This document shows positions 1 to 11,372 of a stretch of 64,000 nt of DNA, piece after piece. The DNA is from Octopus vulgaris. Its lineage: Eukaryota. The stretch lies in NCBI GenBank assembly GCA_951406725.2, contig OX597835.1, forward strand, positions 41,788,001 through 41,852,000, written 5' to 3'. Every line of letters begins with the position of its first letter. Within the stretch, counting starts at the first letter, position 1. The position numbers and the translations under genes were made by a program. A model generated the notes under the pieces. That model worked only from the letters and a program-made list of their open reading frames with translations, was not told where the DNA came from and did not search any database.

Positions 1-301
1 TGTGCACATGTGTGTGTGTATATGTATGTATGTATGTATGTGTGTGTTTCATTGTATGCCCCCCCCCCCTGCCACCGTCACTTGACAATTGGTGTTGGTG
101 TGTTTACATCCCTGTAACTTAACTGATTCTGCAAAAGACAGAAACAGAATAAGGACCAGTCTAAAAAAAACTAAGGACTGGGGTTGATTTTTTCAACCAA
201 ATTTTCTTCCGGACACTGCTCCAGCATAGCCACAGTCTAACGATTGAAACATGTTAAAGATATTAAAAAAAAGGGGGGAGGTATGAAGCTATGTCACTTA
301 C

Positions 302-397
302 CTTGAAGTATACCTCAACACCATAGATGAGGAAGAAGATGACCACCAAAAACATGAGGAATGCAAAAAAGGCATCAAAGATCTTGTTAATCATGTC
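302..397 (-). CDS. EGF/multi-pass membrane protein, coding exon 6 (DMINKIF...FFLIYGVEVYFK; TM5); gene continues left of the window
   Basis: ggcag acceptor, gtaagt donor, 96 nt, phase 0/0, hydrophobic helix. Confidence 0.88.
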
Positions 398-745
398 CTG
401 CCAAGATTAATTAATTAAAACCGTTGAAAATGGCAAAAGTTTCACATCAAACCTTAACATTCATAATGAGAAAAAGTGAAGAGGGTGAGAGAGAGATGTA
501 GAATGTTGATGTAAGTGTTGATAAATTGGCCCTTGATCTTTTAAATCTGACTTGAAAGCAGCCCCTTAAGGAAACAATATTCTTAAAGAATGAATGACTA
601 TATCACCCCCACCCCACTTTCCTTTCGTTTAAGTTTGTTTATGAACCAATTTGAAAACCCTCCAAGTTATAGTAGTCAATTCTTCTTCAAGAAATAGCAG
701 TCAATTCTTCTTCAAATTACTCCCAATGAGAAACTAAGAGTGGTA

Positions 746-1111
746 TCTCTATACATATAAACGGCAAAATGTGTGTGTGTGCATGTCCTTTATACAAATC
801 CACAATTTTTCAGTTAGAGGGCTTGCACTTTCTATGGTCATCCAAAACCATCCAAGGGTGGTCGTGTACATCTTTACATTTCCCCAGTCACCCCGCAAAG
901 CCATTAAAAAAACAATAGAAGTGACTTTTTTGTGAATTTTCTATCCAAAACCCAATCAAAATGCCCGAAACTTGATACGCCAATTGAATGCCAGCTAGCT
1001 GTATGTGATTGGTCGGAGATTTGGACAGTACTCGCGTGTATGTGCGCATGCACGCAGCTGTATATGCATGCTCTAGCACTATGACCTGGCGTTGCTGGGT
1101 CATAGTGCTAG
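746..1111 (+). mobile_element. Non-autonomous Helitron-like element
   Basis: A|TC start, subterminal hairpin atgacc..ggtcat, CTAG|T end. Confidence 0.7.
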
Positions 1112-1495
1112 TGTTACATTAAATTTCTTATGGAGTTTCCTGTCATTAAACAATGGGTGCTAGTTCTGTACTTTCTTTCTGAACAACCATAAAGATTTGT
1201 TTGTGATAAAATGTTTTGTGTTCACATCAGCTCACTTGCTCCCACTGGCAAATCAAAACTGTCTATAAAAGTGCACAAGTGTGACATGTGACAGATGTCA
1301 AAATGATTGCAGAACAAACATGAAATGAAGTGTTTTGCTCAAGGACACAATGCACTGCATGGTCTGGGAATAGAAACCATGATCTCACAATTATGGGTGC
1401 AACACCCTAACCATTAGGCCATGCACCTATATATATGTATATATATAGGTGAATTGAAGAAATGGAGCTGAACGCAGATTGAACAGAAATCGTTT

Positions 1496-1588
1496 TATTT
1501 CATTCTACACGTGTTTCGAAAGGCACAATTTACCAAAATCCGATTGAATAATGAGACCATATTGTGTCTTTCTCTTCAGGAAGAAATA
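1496..1588 (-). ncRNA. Type I hammerhead ribozyme motif in a Penelope-like palindrome (1448-1719)
   Basis: uuc-CUGAAGA-gaaagacacaau..auugugccuuuc-GAAA-cacgug-UA-gaa; arms of about 115 bp, embedded in (TA)n. Confidence 0.8.
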
Positions 1589-1878
1589 GGAAATCCGTTG
1601 GAATTTATGGTCCCATTATTCAATCGGATTTTGGTAAATTGTGCCTTTCGAAACACGTGTAGAATGAAATAAAACGATTTCTGTTCAATCTGCGTTCAAC
1701 TCCATTTCTTCAATTCACCAATAATATTTTAATTTCAATTATCCGCACCAACGCACGGTTGCAACACCATATGGTTGTACCTCCAACCGTGCTGTTTTAC
1801 TGCTGTGATTTTTGCTACCAAGGTATCGGTTAAACTTTTGATTAATCTACTACAAGATTATTCATCTTTCTATTTCAC

Positions 1879-1913
<35 letters not shown>

Positions 1914-1917
<4 letters not shown>

Positions 1918-2218
1918 CGTGACCAACCAGACTATCAGATGTTGCTACACATCGCTGGTCACAATGCGCTTCGCATTGTTTTAGCCTTCAAATGACGCCA
2001 CTCCACTGGCTAAGCAAGCAGGCCAACAGAAGAAAGAGTGAGAGAAAGTTGTGGCGAAAGAGTACAGCAGGGATCGCCACCCCACCACCCTGCTGGAGCC
2101 TCATGGAGCTTTAGGTGTTTTTGCTCAATAAACACTCACAACACCCGGTCTGGGAATTGAAACCGCAATCCTACGACCGCAAGTCCGTTGCCCTAACCAT
2201 TGAGCCATTGCGCCTCCA
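1914..2218 (-). mobile_element. tRNA-derived SINE family C (also 5293-5596 -)
   Basis: Head tggctcaatggttagg..ggtttcaattccc; second near-identical copy. Confidence 0.8.
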
Positions 2219-2448
2219 CATATATATATATATATACACACACACACATAAACAAAAAATTTTATAATTATGAGTTTAATTATATAATTAAGGTCCAGCA
2301 AAAAATTTGCTTTACCACATACTGAAATTTAGAAATAGCAGTTAAAACTAGCTATTTCTCTACCATAAGAAAATCTCCCAGACAACAATACTCAACAACC
2401 CATGCAGGTAAAGAGAAAAAAAATAACGAACCCACCTGGCTTTGATTA

Positions 2449-2523
2449 ACTGTAGACGCGTTTCGGAGTTAGAGAGATGTGAAAAATGCAAAAACCACAT
2501 TTCCACTCCTCTTCAGTACAGTA
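2449..2523 (-). ncRNA. Type I hammerhead ribozyme motif
   Basis: cugua-CUGAAGA-ggag..cucc-GAAA-cgcg-UC-uacag: canonical core, paired stems I and II, palindromic stem III. Confidence 0.85.
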
Positions 2524-2777
2524 ATTCAAGATTTTAAATTTGAGAGCAGTGGGCAAATTAAAACATACTTATCTGACCAAGCGTCATCAGACAACATACA
2601 TCTAACGACTGACCAGTACTTCCGAATTCAAACAGACGAACGAGATCTTGTATTCCCCCCTCACTCACCCACGTGTGCTAATGAGTAAAATTCTACAGAA
2701 AAAAAAACTATGGTTTCATGCTTCAGGAATTTAGGCACAAAGATTTTCTGCAGGCTCTGCAGTTGTTGAAGTTATAA

Positions 2778-2815
<38 letters not shown>

Positions 2816-3116
2816 ATACATGTGTGTGTGTGTGTATACAGGTTTGTGTGTGTGTGTATACAGGTTTGTGTGTGTGTATACAGGTTTGTGTGTGTATACA
2901 GGTTTGTGTGTTTGTATACAGGTTTGTGTGTGTGTGTATACAGGTTTGTGTGTGTGTGTATACAGGTTTGTGTGTGTGTATACAGGTGTGTGTATGTGTG
3001 TATACAGGTTTGTGTGTGTGTGTATACAGGTTTGTGTGTGTGTATACAGGTACAGGTTTGTGTGTGTGTGTGTATACAGGTTTGTGTGTGTGTATACAGG
3101 TGTGTGTGTGTGTGTG
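2778..3116. repeat. Compound (TG)n-TATACAGGTT minisatellite
   Basis: Directly visible. Confidence 0.95.
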
Positions 3117-3131
3117 AAAGTAAATACTTAC

Positions 3132-3278
3132 TGCTTGCTTCTGGTTATTGATGATATCGGTGAGGAAGAACCGAGCGCCAAACAGCATGTATATGAAGAC
3201 ATTGAAGACTATGAACCCAACGAAGGATTTACTCAGGAACCGGGGTTGTTCCACAGGAAGGTTGTTCAAATGGAAAGC
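3132..3278 (-). CDS. EGF/multi-pass membrane protein, coding exon 5 (AFHLNN...PRFLSKSFVGFIVFNV...QKQA; TM4)
   Basis: ctttcag acceptor, gtaagt donor, 147 nt, phase 0/0. Confidence 0.9.
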
Positions 3279-3300
3279 CTGAAAGGAAAAAACTCCACAA

Positions 3301-3595
3301 TTACTATTATTATTAATATTATTATTATTATTATTATTATTATAAGAAGAAGAAGAAGAAAAGGAAGAAGAAGAAGAAGAGAAAAAAGAAAGAAGAAAAA
3401 AGGAAGAAGGAGAAGAGGAAGAAGAAGGAGGAGAAGAAGAAAAGGAAGAAGAAGGAGGAGGAGAATAAAAGGAAGAAGAAGAAGGAGGAGAAGAAGAAGA
3501 AAAGGAAGAAGAAGGAGGAGAAGAAAAGGAAGAAGAAAAGAAGAAGAGAAGAAGAAGGATGAGGAGAAGAAAAGGAAGAAGAGGAGGAGGAGGAG
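3301..3595. repeat. (TAT)n followed by about 250 bp of (GAA/GGA)n polypurine tract
   Basis: Directly visible. Confidence 0.95.
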
Positions 3596-3655
3596 TGTAT
3601 GTATGTGTAACAGGATGATAGTTGTGATGGTAACAGTGATATGAATAAGCCTTAC

Positions 3656-3757
3656 CTCGGCCCAGTAACACACGATGAGTGTGAAACCAGTGAGAAGTAA
3701 AGGGTAATAGGCGCACCACAGGTTTGAAAACATCTGGTCTGGAAGCTGGAGCTGGAA
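3656..3757 (-). CDS. EGF/multi-pass membrane protein, coding exon 4 (FQLQLP...YYPLLLTGFTLIVCYWAE; TM3)
   Basis: cttag acceptor (in-frame alternative CAGs 6 and 12 nt downstream), gtaagg donor; YWAE motif recalls the TOM1/THH1/GPR137-like (DUF1084) FWAE motif. Confidence 0.87.
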
Positions 3758-4468
3758 CTAAGTAAACATGGAAAGAAAGAGAAATAATAGAGGTTCGTTT
3801 ATAAAGCAGAGGTGGGACATGTTGGCTCTGTACAATATCATAATCTTTTTATGGGTGTTCTTTCCATGGCTCAGGTTCAGTCAAGGAGGCAACCTTGAAA
3901 GATAAAAACTAACAACAGTACATGTGTGGTAAGTAGCTTGTTTACCAACCTCATGGTTCCGGGTTCAGTCCCACTGCATGGCACCTTGGGCAAGTGTCTT
4001 CTACTATAGCCTCGGGCCGACCAAAGCCTTGTGAGTGGATTTGGTAGACAGAAACTGAAAAAAAGCCCGTCGTATATATGTATATATATATATATATGCG
4101 TGTGTGTGTTTGTGTGTCTGTGTTTGTCCCCCTAGCATTGCTTGACAACCGATGCTGGTGTGTTTATGTCCCTGTCACATAGCGGTTCGGCAAAAGAGAC
4201 CGATAGAATAAGTACTGGGCTTACAAAAGAATAAGTCCTGGGGTCGAGTTGCTTGATTAAAGGTGGTGCTCCAGCATGGCCGCAGTCAAATGACTGAAAC
4301 AAGTAAAAGAGTAAAGAGAGCTGAATTCTGACTACTTAAATTTTATCGATATCAAAGACACTGTAGATAGACCGAGTCCGTGGAGCATTGGACAGCTGGC
4401 CAAGATGTTGGTCATTTGGTGCTTGTCATTGCTACTGGGTTGTGTACATGCATACATACACATTCATT

Positions 4469-4549
4469 AGCTTACAGCTGTTTCGGCTGTAATAAACTGT
4501 GCACCCAGAGGTGAGTGCCAGAACAACATTTTATGACTTCATCAGAGCC
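4469..4549 (-). ncRNA. Type I hammerhead ribozyme motif (left arm, stem II decayed)
   Basis: ggcu-CUGAUGA..GAAA-cagcug-UA-agcu on the minus strand; mirror of 4570-4643. Confidence 0.6.
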
Positions 4550-4569
4550 TTAGCATGAAGTCATGTTAA

Positions 4570-4643
4570 GGCTCTGATGAAGCTATATCATTCTGGCACT
4601 CACCTCACGTAACAGTTCCTTATAGCTGAAACAGCTGTAAGCC
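4570..4643 (+). ncRNA. Type I hammerhead ribozyme motif (right arm of palindrome 4350-4789)
   Basis: ggcu-CUGAUGA-agcua..uagcu-GAAA-cagcug-UA-agcc. Confidence 0.82.
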
Positions 4644-5687
4644 AATGGATGTGATTATATTACTCCTGTTCTGTTACTCAATAATTAATGTGTTTGGTGT
4701 GTTGTACGTACGTATGTTTATGCACAACTCAGTAGCAAAGACAAAATACAAACGACCAGCCTCCTGGTCTTCCTGCAGTGTCTTTGATAATTATTAAGTT
4801 TAAATAGACAGGGCTCAGCCATGTACTACAGTAGAGACACACACACAAACAGGCTTCTCTCAGTTTCTCTCCATTAAATGGGCTTACAAAGAATAAGTCC
4901 TGGGGTCAATTTCCTCGACTAAAGGCAGTGCTCCAGCATGGCCACAGTCAAATGACTAAAACAAGTAAAAGAGTATATATATATATGTTTATAAGTGTGT
5001 GTGTGTATGTTTAGAAAGAGAGAGAGAGAAGGCATGTGGCCCAGTGGTTAGGGTGTTGCACTCATGATCAGAAGATCTTGGTTTCGATTCCCAGACCAGC
5101 AGTGCATTGTGTGTTCTTGAGTACCTTCATGGTTTGGTCAGCCTGGGGCTATAGTAAAAGACACTTGCCCAAAGTGCCACGCAGTGGAACGGAACCCATT
5201 ATCATGGGGTTCGGAAGCAAACCTTTTAACCAAAACTGCATCCATCTGTTCTCTTTATGTCTGTCCATCTATTAACCTGTTTATCACTATGATCATGGTG
5301 ACCGACCAGGCTATCAGATGTTGCTACATATCGCTGGTCACAGTGCGCTTCGCATTGTTTTAGCCTTCAAACGATGCCACCCCGTTGGCTAAGCGAGCAG
5401 GCCAACAGAAGAAAGAGTGAGAGAAAGTTATGGCGAAAGGGTACAGCAGGGACCGCCTTCACCCCCTGCCGGAGCCTCGTGGAGCTTTCAGGTGTTTTCG
5501 CTCAATAAACACTCACGACGCCTGGCCTGGGAATCGAAACCGCGATCCTCCAAACGCAGGTCCGCTGCCCTAACCACTGGGCCATTGCACCTCCACAACC
5601 TGTTTATATTCATCTTTGCTTCTCCGTTCACGTGCAAACATCTTTAAAGGAGAAAAAGAAAGTGAGAAAACGGAAAGAGTTACATAC

Positions 5688-5825
5688 CTTTGTAAAGAAG
5701 TAGATGGCTCTGATGGCTGTGGCACACAGTGTGAGGGCGTACAACATCTTTTGGGTTGTGATCTTAAAAGCACTCCACAAGGACTGCTTCTGTTCTCGGA
5801 TGTACTGGGACCAAATACAGATGCA
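5688..5825 (-). CDS. EGF/multi-pass membrane protein, coding exon 3 (CICIWSQ...ITTQKMLY...RAIYFFTK; TM2)
   Basis: gccag acceptor, gtatgt donor, 138 nt open, phase 0/0. Confidence 0.88.
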
Positions 5826-6064
5826 CTGGCAAATATGATAGAGAACATTGTGAAACTAATCTGATGATGCTGGAGATTAGTGGTTATTTTACATAGGCAT
5901 ACAGACACACAAATATATACATGCACACACACACAGACGTGTATGTATATATATATATATATATATAGGTAAACAGTAAAAATAATTACAGACATGGACA
6001 AGAACATGAAACACCACAGAGACGACACAAGAACCACAGGACGGGACATTGTAGGACAAGGGTC

Positions 6065-6096
<32 letters not shown>

Positions 6097-6100
6097 CACA

Positions 6101-6512
6101 TAGGAGTGGCTGTGTGGTAAGTAGCTTGCTTACCAACTACATGGTCCTGGGTTCAGTCCCACTGCGTGGCACCTTGGGCAAGTGTCTTCAACTATAGCCT
6201 CGGGTCGACCAAAGCCTTGTGAGTGGATTTGGTAGACGGAAACTGAAAGAAGCCCGTCGTATATATGTATATATATATATATATATGCATGTGTGTGTAT
6301 ATGTTTATGTGTCTGTGTTTGTCCACCCAACATTGCTTGACAACCGATGTTGGTGTGTTTACGTCTCCGTAACTTAGCGGTTTGGCAAAAGAGACCGATA
6401 GAATAAGTACTAGGCTTACAAAGAATAAGTCCTGGGGTCGATTTGCTCGACTAAAGGTGGTGCTCCAGCATGGCCACAGTCAAATGACTAAAACAAGTAA
6501 AAGAGTAAAAGA
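6101..6512 (+). mobile_element. tRNA-derived SINE family A (also 3923-4318 +, 62498-62883 +, 35625-36047 -, many fragments)
   Basis: A/B-box-like head tggctgtgtggtaag..gggttcagtccc, CORE-like ccttgggcaagt, internal (TA/TG)n. Confidence 0.85.
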
Positions 6513-6856
6513 GTATATATATATATGTTTATAAGTGTGTGTGTGTATGTTTAGAAAGAGAGAGAGAGAGGCATGTGGCCCAGTGGTTAGGGTGTTGCAC
6601 TCATGATCAGAAGATCTTGGTTTCGATTCCCAGACCAGCAGTGCATTGTGTGTTCTTGAGCAAAACACCTTCATTTCACATTGCTCCAGGCCACTCAGCT
6701 GTAAATAGATAACCCTGCAATGGACCGGCGTTCCATTCAGGTAGAATGTTCACCTGCCCACCTACCTAGCCAGAGGGTGACATCATTCAAAGTGAGGGAA
6801 AGGAGAATGAGGAGGAGAGAGGTGCTGGTGTTCATGATGATGATGATGATACTTAC

Positions 6857-6958
6857 TAGTTGTACCAAACAAACAAAAGCCAAAACAACGAAGATGGAAC
6901 CAAATGCCAAATAGTAGTCTTTGTTGTTTTCTCTACAGGAACCTCCACGGAATTGTAC
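6857..6958 (-). CDS. EGF/multi-pass membrane protein, coding exon 2 (VQFRGGSC...AFVCLVQL; end of EGF plus TM1)
   Basis: ttccag acceptor, gtaagt donor, 102 nt, phase 0/0, supplies the 6th EGF cysteine. Confidence 0.9.
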
Positions 6959-7807
6959 CTGGAAAAAATACCCCATTAAACAATTTAACAGTGTTGTAAA
7001 AACTACAGGAATTTAGCATCAAGGAACTGGTATTGGCATTGGTAAAGGTGGTACCTCTTACTCCACCACACAGTACCTTTTATCCTACACAATACAGGTA
7101 CCTTTTATCCTAATATATATTTCTTTACTACTCACAAGGGGCTAAACATAGAGGGGACAAACAAGGACAGACAAAGGGATTAAGTCGATTACATCGACCC
7201 CAGTGCGAAACTGGTACTTTATTTATCGACCGCGAAAGGATGAAAGGCAAAGTCGACCTCAGCGGAATTTGAACTCAGAACGTAACGACAGACGAAACTG
7301 GTACTTTATTTATCGACCGCGAAAGGATGAAAGGCAAAGTCAACCTCGGCGGAATTTGAACTCAGAACGTAACGACAGACGAAACTGGTACTTTATTTAT
7401 CGACCGCGAAAGGATGAAAGGCAAAGTCGACCTCGGCGGAATTTGAACTCAGAACGTAACGGCAGACGAAATACGGCTACGCATTTCGCCCGGTGTGCTA
7501 ACGGTTCTGCCAGCTCACTGCCTTATCCCAATATAGAATAACAGGATATGAACTACCAACCGCTTGGCTGGTTGTCTGGTATCTTATCAACTCAGCCATC
7601 TGCATTCTCTAAGACAACACAGACAGGTGACATGAAGTCACTTGCAAAACACACTCCAATTGCTGACCTACTGAAGTCTTGTCTCTTTTCTTTCTCTCTC
7701 ACTTCGTCTATCTTTACTTGTATTGAAGTGACCTGTCTTCCTCAGAGCTCACTCGTCCCCAGCCACACTCACTAAGACACTCACTCATTTGAGTGTCTTA
7801 GTGATGG

Positions 7808-8358
7808 CTTATTGAGGTCTAAATTTCCTTCTAGAGATGTTTCCTTGATTGATTTCTATGTAAAATATATTTTTCCAAGTGGGAAGTATACCAACTTAGT
7901 GAATCATGCAAAAAAGATGGCATCTTTGTTTGGAATCCCTTATTAGTGCAAGCAATTATTTACCAAACTGAAGCAAAGAACAATCTGAGAACAAGATTAA
8001 CTGATAACCAACCATCTTGATAATATTTTGCTCTTGGCATCAGCAAGTTTGAAGCCTAATATTGAGAAGCTTCCAAGGAACAAAAAACATCGAGTTTCCC
8101 ATTAATTTTTTGGCTGCTATGTATTTTTAAGATTTTTTAAATGATTCCAACGATGTCTTAAATTGAATAAATGATATTTTTCCATTACTACATTCATCTG
8201 TAGTTAATACAAATTATTTTAAAGTATAGTCAACATTTGTGATTAATTTTTAGCTTGTGTAATTTTCCTTGATTCTTCTTTTATGGCCTTTGTCCAGCCC
8301 ACTATCTGTCATTAATACTGAATCCGGCCCGTGGAGGCAAAGAAGTTGCCAACCATTG
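7808..8358 (+). mobile_element. hAT (Charlie/GTF2IRD2-like) 3' remnant
   Basis: Degenerate C-terminal dimerisation domain KYTNLVNHAKKMASLFG..LRTRLTD..LKPNIEKL..SH*; terminal aagttgccaaccattg. Confidence 0.8.
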
Positions 8359-9115
8359 ATCTAAAGGGAGTTGTTCTCCAGAGACTAACTCCAACAGCAA
8401 ATAACATTTTCACAGCCAAGCCTACCCGAACAAGTTAGGAACAAATGTAAACATCATTGTTTTCTTTTTATTATTACTGTTTTGTGTATTCATAATAATT
8501 TAAAATATTAATTAATATTGCAATATTGAATATAGATTCCTCTATCAATCTTGCAAACTCTACTTAAAGGTCAGAGGTTAAGAGTTCAGTTCTTCTTTGT
8601 CTAAGTCATAAAAAATATTAAAAAATCAATTTTTAAAAAGTGGTTAAGATGGATAACACCTCTTGCTTATGAAGTAGAAGACATTTGCCCAAGGTGCTTT
8701 GCAGTGGGACTGAACCCAGAACCATGTGGTTGAGAAGCAAACTTCTTAATTACACAACTAAGCCAGCATCTACAGTCATGCCTAAAAGTCTACAGCACAT
8801 CCTTGATGCACCTCAGTGCACTGAGATGCACAATAGAGCATCAAAGTGCACCATATGTGACACATCACTGCACAAATGATTCTGTTCATTCATTTATTTC
8901 ACACAGACATTGATCATAACCCCAACTAATTTCTTATTAGTTGCAGAGTACTTTCATTGAATAATTGTCTGAATTAACAAATCAAGACATGTCTTATGAG
9001 GTTCACCTTTTAAGATATGATAAAGCAAAAAGAAGCTCTGGATATTGTTTGCAATGTGCTGGGTGGTGAGGTAGGGCAAGAAGAAAGGGGTGAAGAGTAT
9101 TTGGAATGAACTTAC

Positions 9116-9250
9116 CAAACAAAGGCATTTGCCATCGTTACAGATTCCATGGCCAGAGCAGTTCAATGGACAATGTACCATGTTGCTCTGGAATGTTGAG
9201 ATGTGATCTCTGATTATACTTGTCCAATGTCGTGTAAGCAGTGACGTCAT
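9116..9250 (-). CDS. EGF-domain multi-pass membrane protein, coding exon 1 (MTSLL...CPLNCSGHGICNDGKCLCL)
   Basis: ATG at 9250 with an upstream in-frame TGA; ttcag acceptor puts the exon start at 9305; gtaagt donor after 9116; tenascin-type EGF motif completed by the next exon. Confidence 0.88.
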
Positions 9251-9818
9251 TGTCTTTACAGCAAGCTACCACCTCTACTTTCAAACAAAGTTTAAGATCG
9301 GAAGTCTGAAATATATGTGAAAATAATAAAAAATAAAAAATTAGTATCTGAAATCAGCAATGTCATTATTTTATTACAGTATTTCTGTTGAAGCAACACA
9401 CAGCTTTTGTTTCACTTTATCCCGAAAACAAAGCAGAATTTAATAAAAACAACTTGGTCATCATTAGGTTGGTGTTTTGGAACATAAATTAATGAGCAAT
9501 TTTGATGGAAGGTTTTAATTTAGAACAATTTAAACTGGAACTTTGTATCACAGAAACAAGGGGCAGTTTCAGGAAGGTTTGTATTAAAAGGGTTAAGGTC
9601 TACTTTTCCATGCTTGTATGCATCAAACAGTATGTCAAGGCAGAATTTTCTATAGCCAGATGTTTTTTCTACCATCAGCTCCAACTTGTTTCCAAGCAAG
9701 GGAATAATCTCCCAGTCCACTCAACAACAAATGACCTGGACAAAATTTCGTTACGGACTCCAGACAACTCCATTGTTTACAACCAGTAAGCACGTGAGGA
9801 GTATGAACCCACATTATA

Positions 9819-10256
9819 CATTGGGTTGTCCAGAAAGTTCATGCTGATTTTTAGTTGTTCATGTTTCAACATGTTAAATTTATCGACACGTATAATATGC
9901 TACACTTCCGGTTAGTGCACACTTCAAATTGTCTCTTGAGAAAGAAAGTTTAAAATTTCTTAATTCGTGTCGATTTTACATCCCAATAAAAATGGAAGAT
10001 TTATAAGGTGCATTTTAGACACTTGATGCTGATTTATTACCATAAAGTCAAAAATGCCTAACAAGCAACAAAAAAGATAAGTGCTGTGTATGGTAACGGT
10101 GCTTTAGTAGACAGAACTGTATGGAAGTGGTTCACTAAGTTTAGAGTTGGTGACTGTAGCCTTATTGATGAAGAATGCTGAAGCAGACTCCCCACTTCAG
10201 ATGACGACCAAATCAAGACACTGATTGAGAATAACTCGCATTGCACAATGCGGGAA
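9819..10256 (+). mobile_element. Mariner 5' fragment (TIR plus HTH region)
   Basis: TIR-like cattgggttgtccagaaagttc; degenerate KVHFRHLML..AVYGNGAL..RTVWKWFTKFRVGD. Confidence 0.8.
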
Positions 10257-11372
10257 TCTGCCATTACGTTCTGAGTTCAAATTCTGCCGTAGTCGACTTT
10301 GCCTTTCATCCTTTCGGGATCGATAAATTAAATACCAGTTACACGCTGGGGGTCGATGTAAGCAACAATCCTTTTATCTGCCTTTGTTTGTCTCCTCTAT
10401 GTTTAGCCCCTTGTGGGCAATAAAGAAATAAGAAGCTTGCTTCCCAACCATATGGTTCCATGTTCAGTACCACTGTGTGGAACCTTGGGTGTCTTCTACT
10501 ATAGCCTCGGGCGAACCAAAGCCTTGTGAGTGGATTTGGAAAACAGAAACTGTAAGAAGCCTGCCACATATATATATATATAATATTCTTGTCATTCACC
10601 CGCGGCCATTCTAGAGCATTACTTTGAAAGAATTTAGTTGAACAAATCAACTTATTTCTTAAGGCTAGTATTTATTGTCTTTTGTTGAACTGCTAAGTTA
10701 CGGGGACGTAAACACTGGCTGTCAAACAGTGATAGGAAATGGGGGACAAACACGGACACTAAGACATACACAGATATATACAAGGTTATTCAAAAAATAT
10801 GAACTGATTTCATTACGCAATGTTTTAATAAGGAAAAGTAATAGAAAACTCCAGCGAAGTCCTGGGGTCACTCCTGTGCCTATGCACACAGTCACTCCTG
10901 CGCCTATATATTTAATTATTTTGTGTATATGTGTGCTTCTTTTTCGGATATATGAACCACTGACGTTATATATGGTGGGGGAGGAGGGTCTTTATGTCTT
11001 TGTTTGTCCCACCCTCACCGCTTAACAACTGGTGTTGATGTGCTTACGTCCCTGCAACTTAACGTTTCGGCAAAAGAAACCGACAGAATTAGTACCAGGC
11101 TTAAAATAAGTACTAGGGGCGATTCATTCGACTAAAAAAAAAAAAAATCAAGGCAGTGCCCAAGCATGATCACAGTTTCCAATAAGGCTTTGGTCAGCCA
11201 GGGGCTATCATAACAGACACTTGCCCAAGTTCCACGCAGTAGGACTGAACCTAAAACTAGAAGCGGCAAATCAGCAGACTCGTTAGGGCAAAGGACAAAA
11301 TACCTAAACAACAAAGGAGCAATTAAAGAAGATATAGAATAAAACAAGAATTTTTTTCAGTTGTAGGGCCTC

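Noticed and set aside
2772-3733. Long ORFs of 315, 284 and 155 aa
   Set aside because: Produced by microsatellites; only the embedded minus-strand exons 3132-3278 and 3656-3757 are credible
6101-6180. tRNA-like A/B boxes here and in many other places
   Set aside because: These are SINE heads continuing into SINE bodies, with no complete cloverleaf
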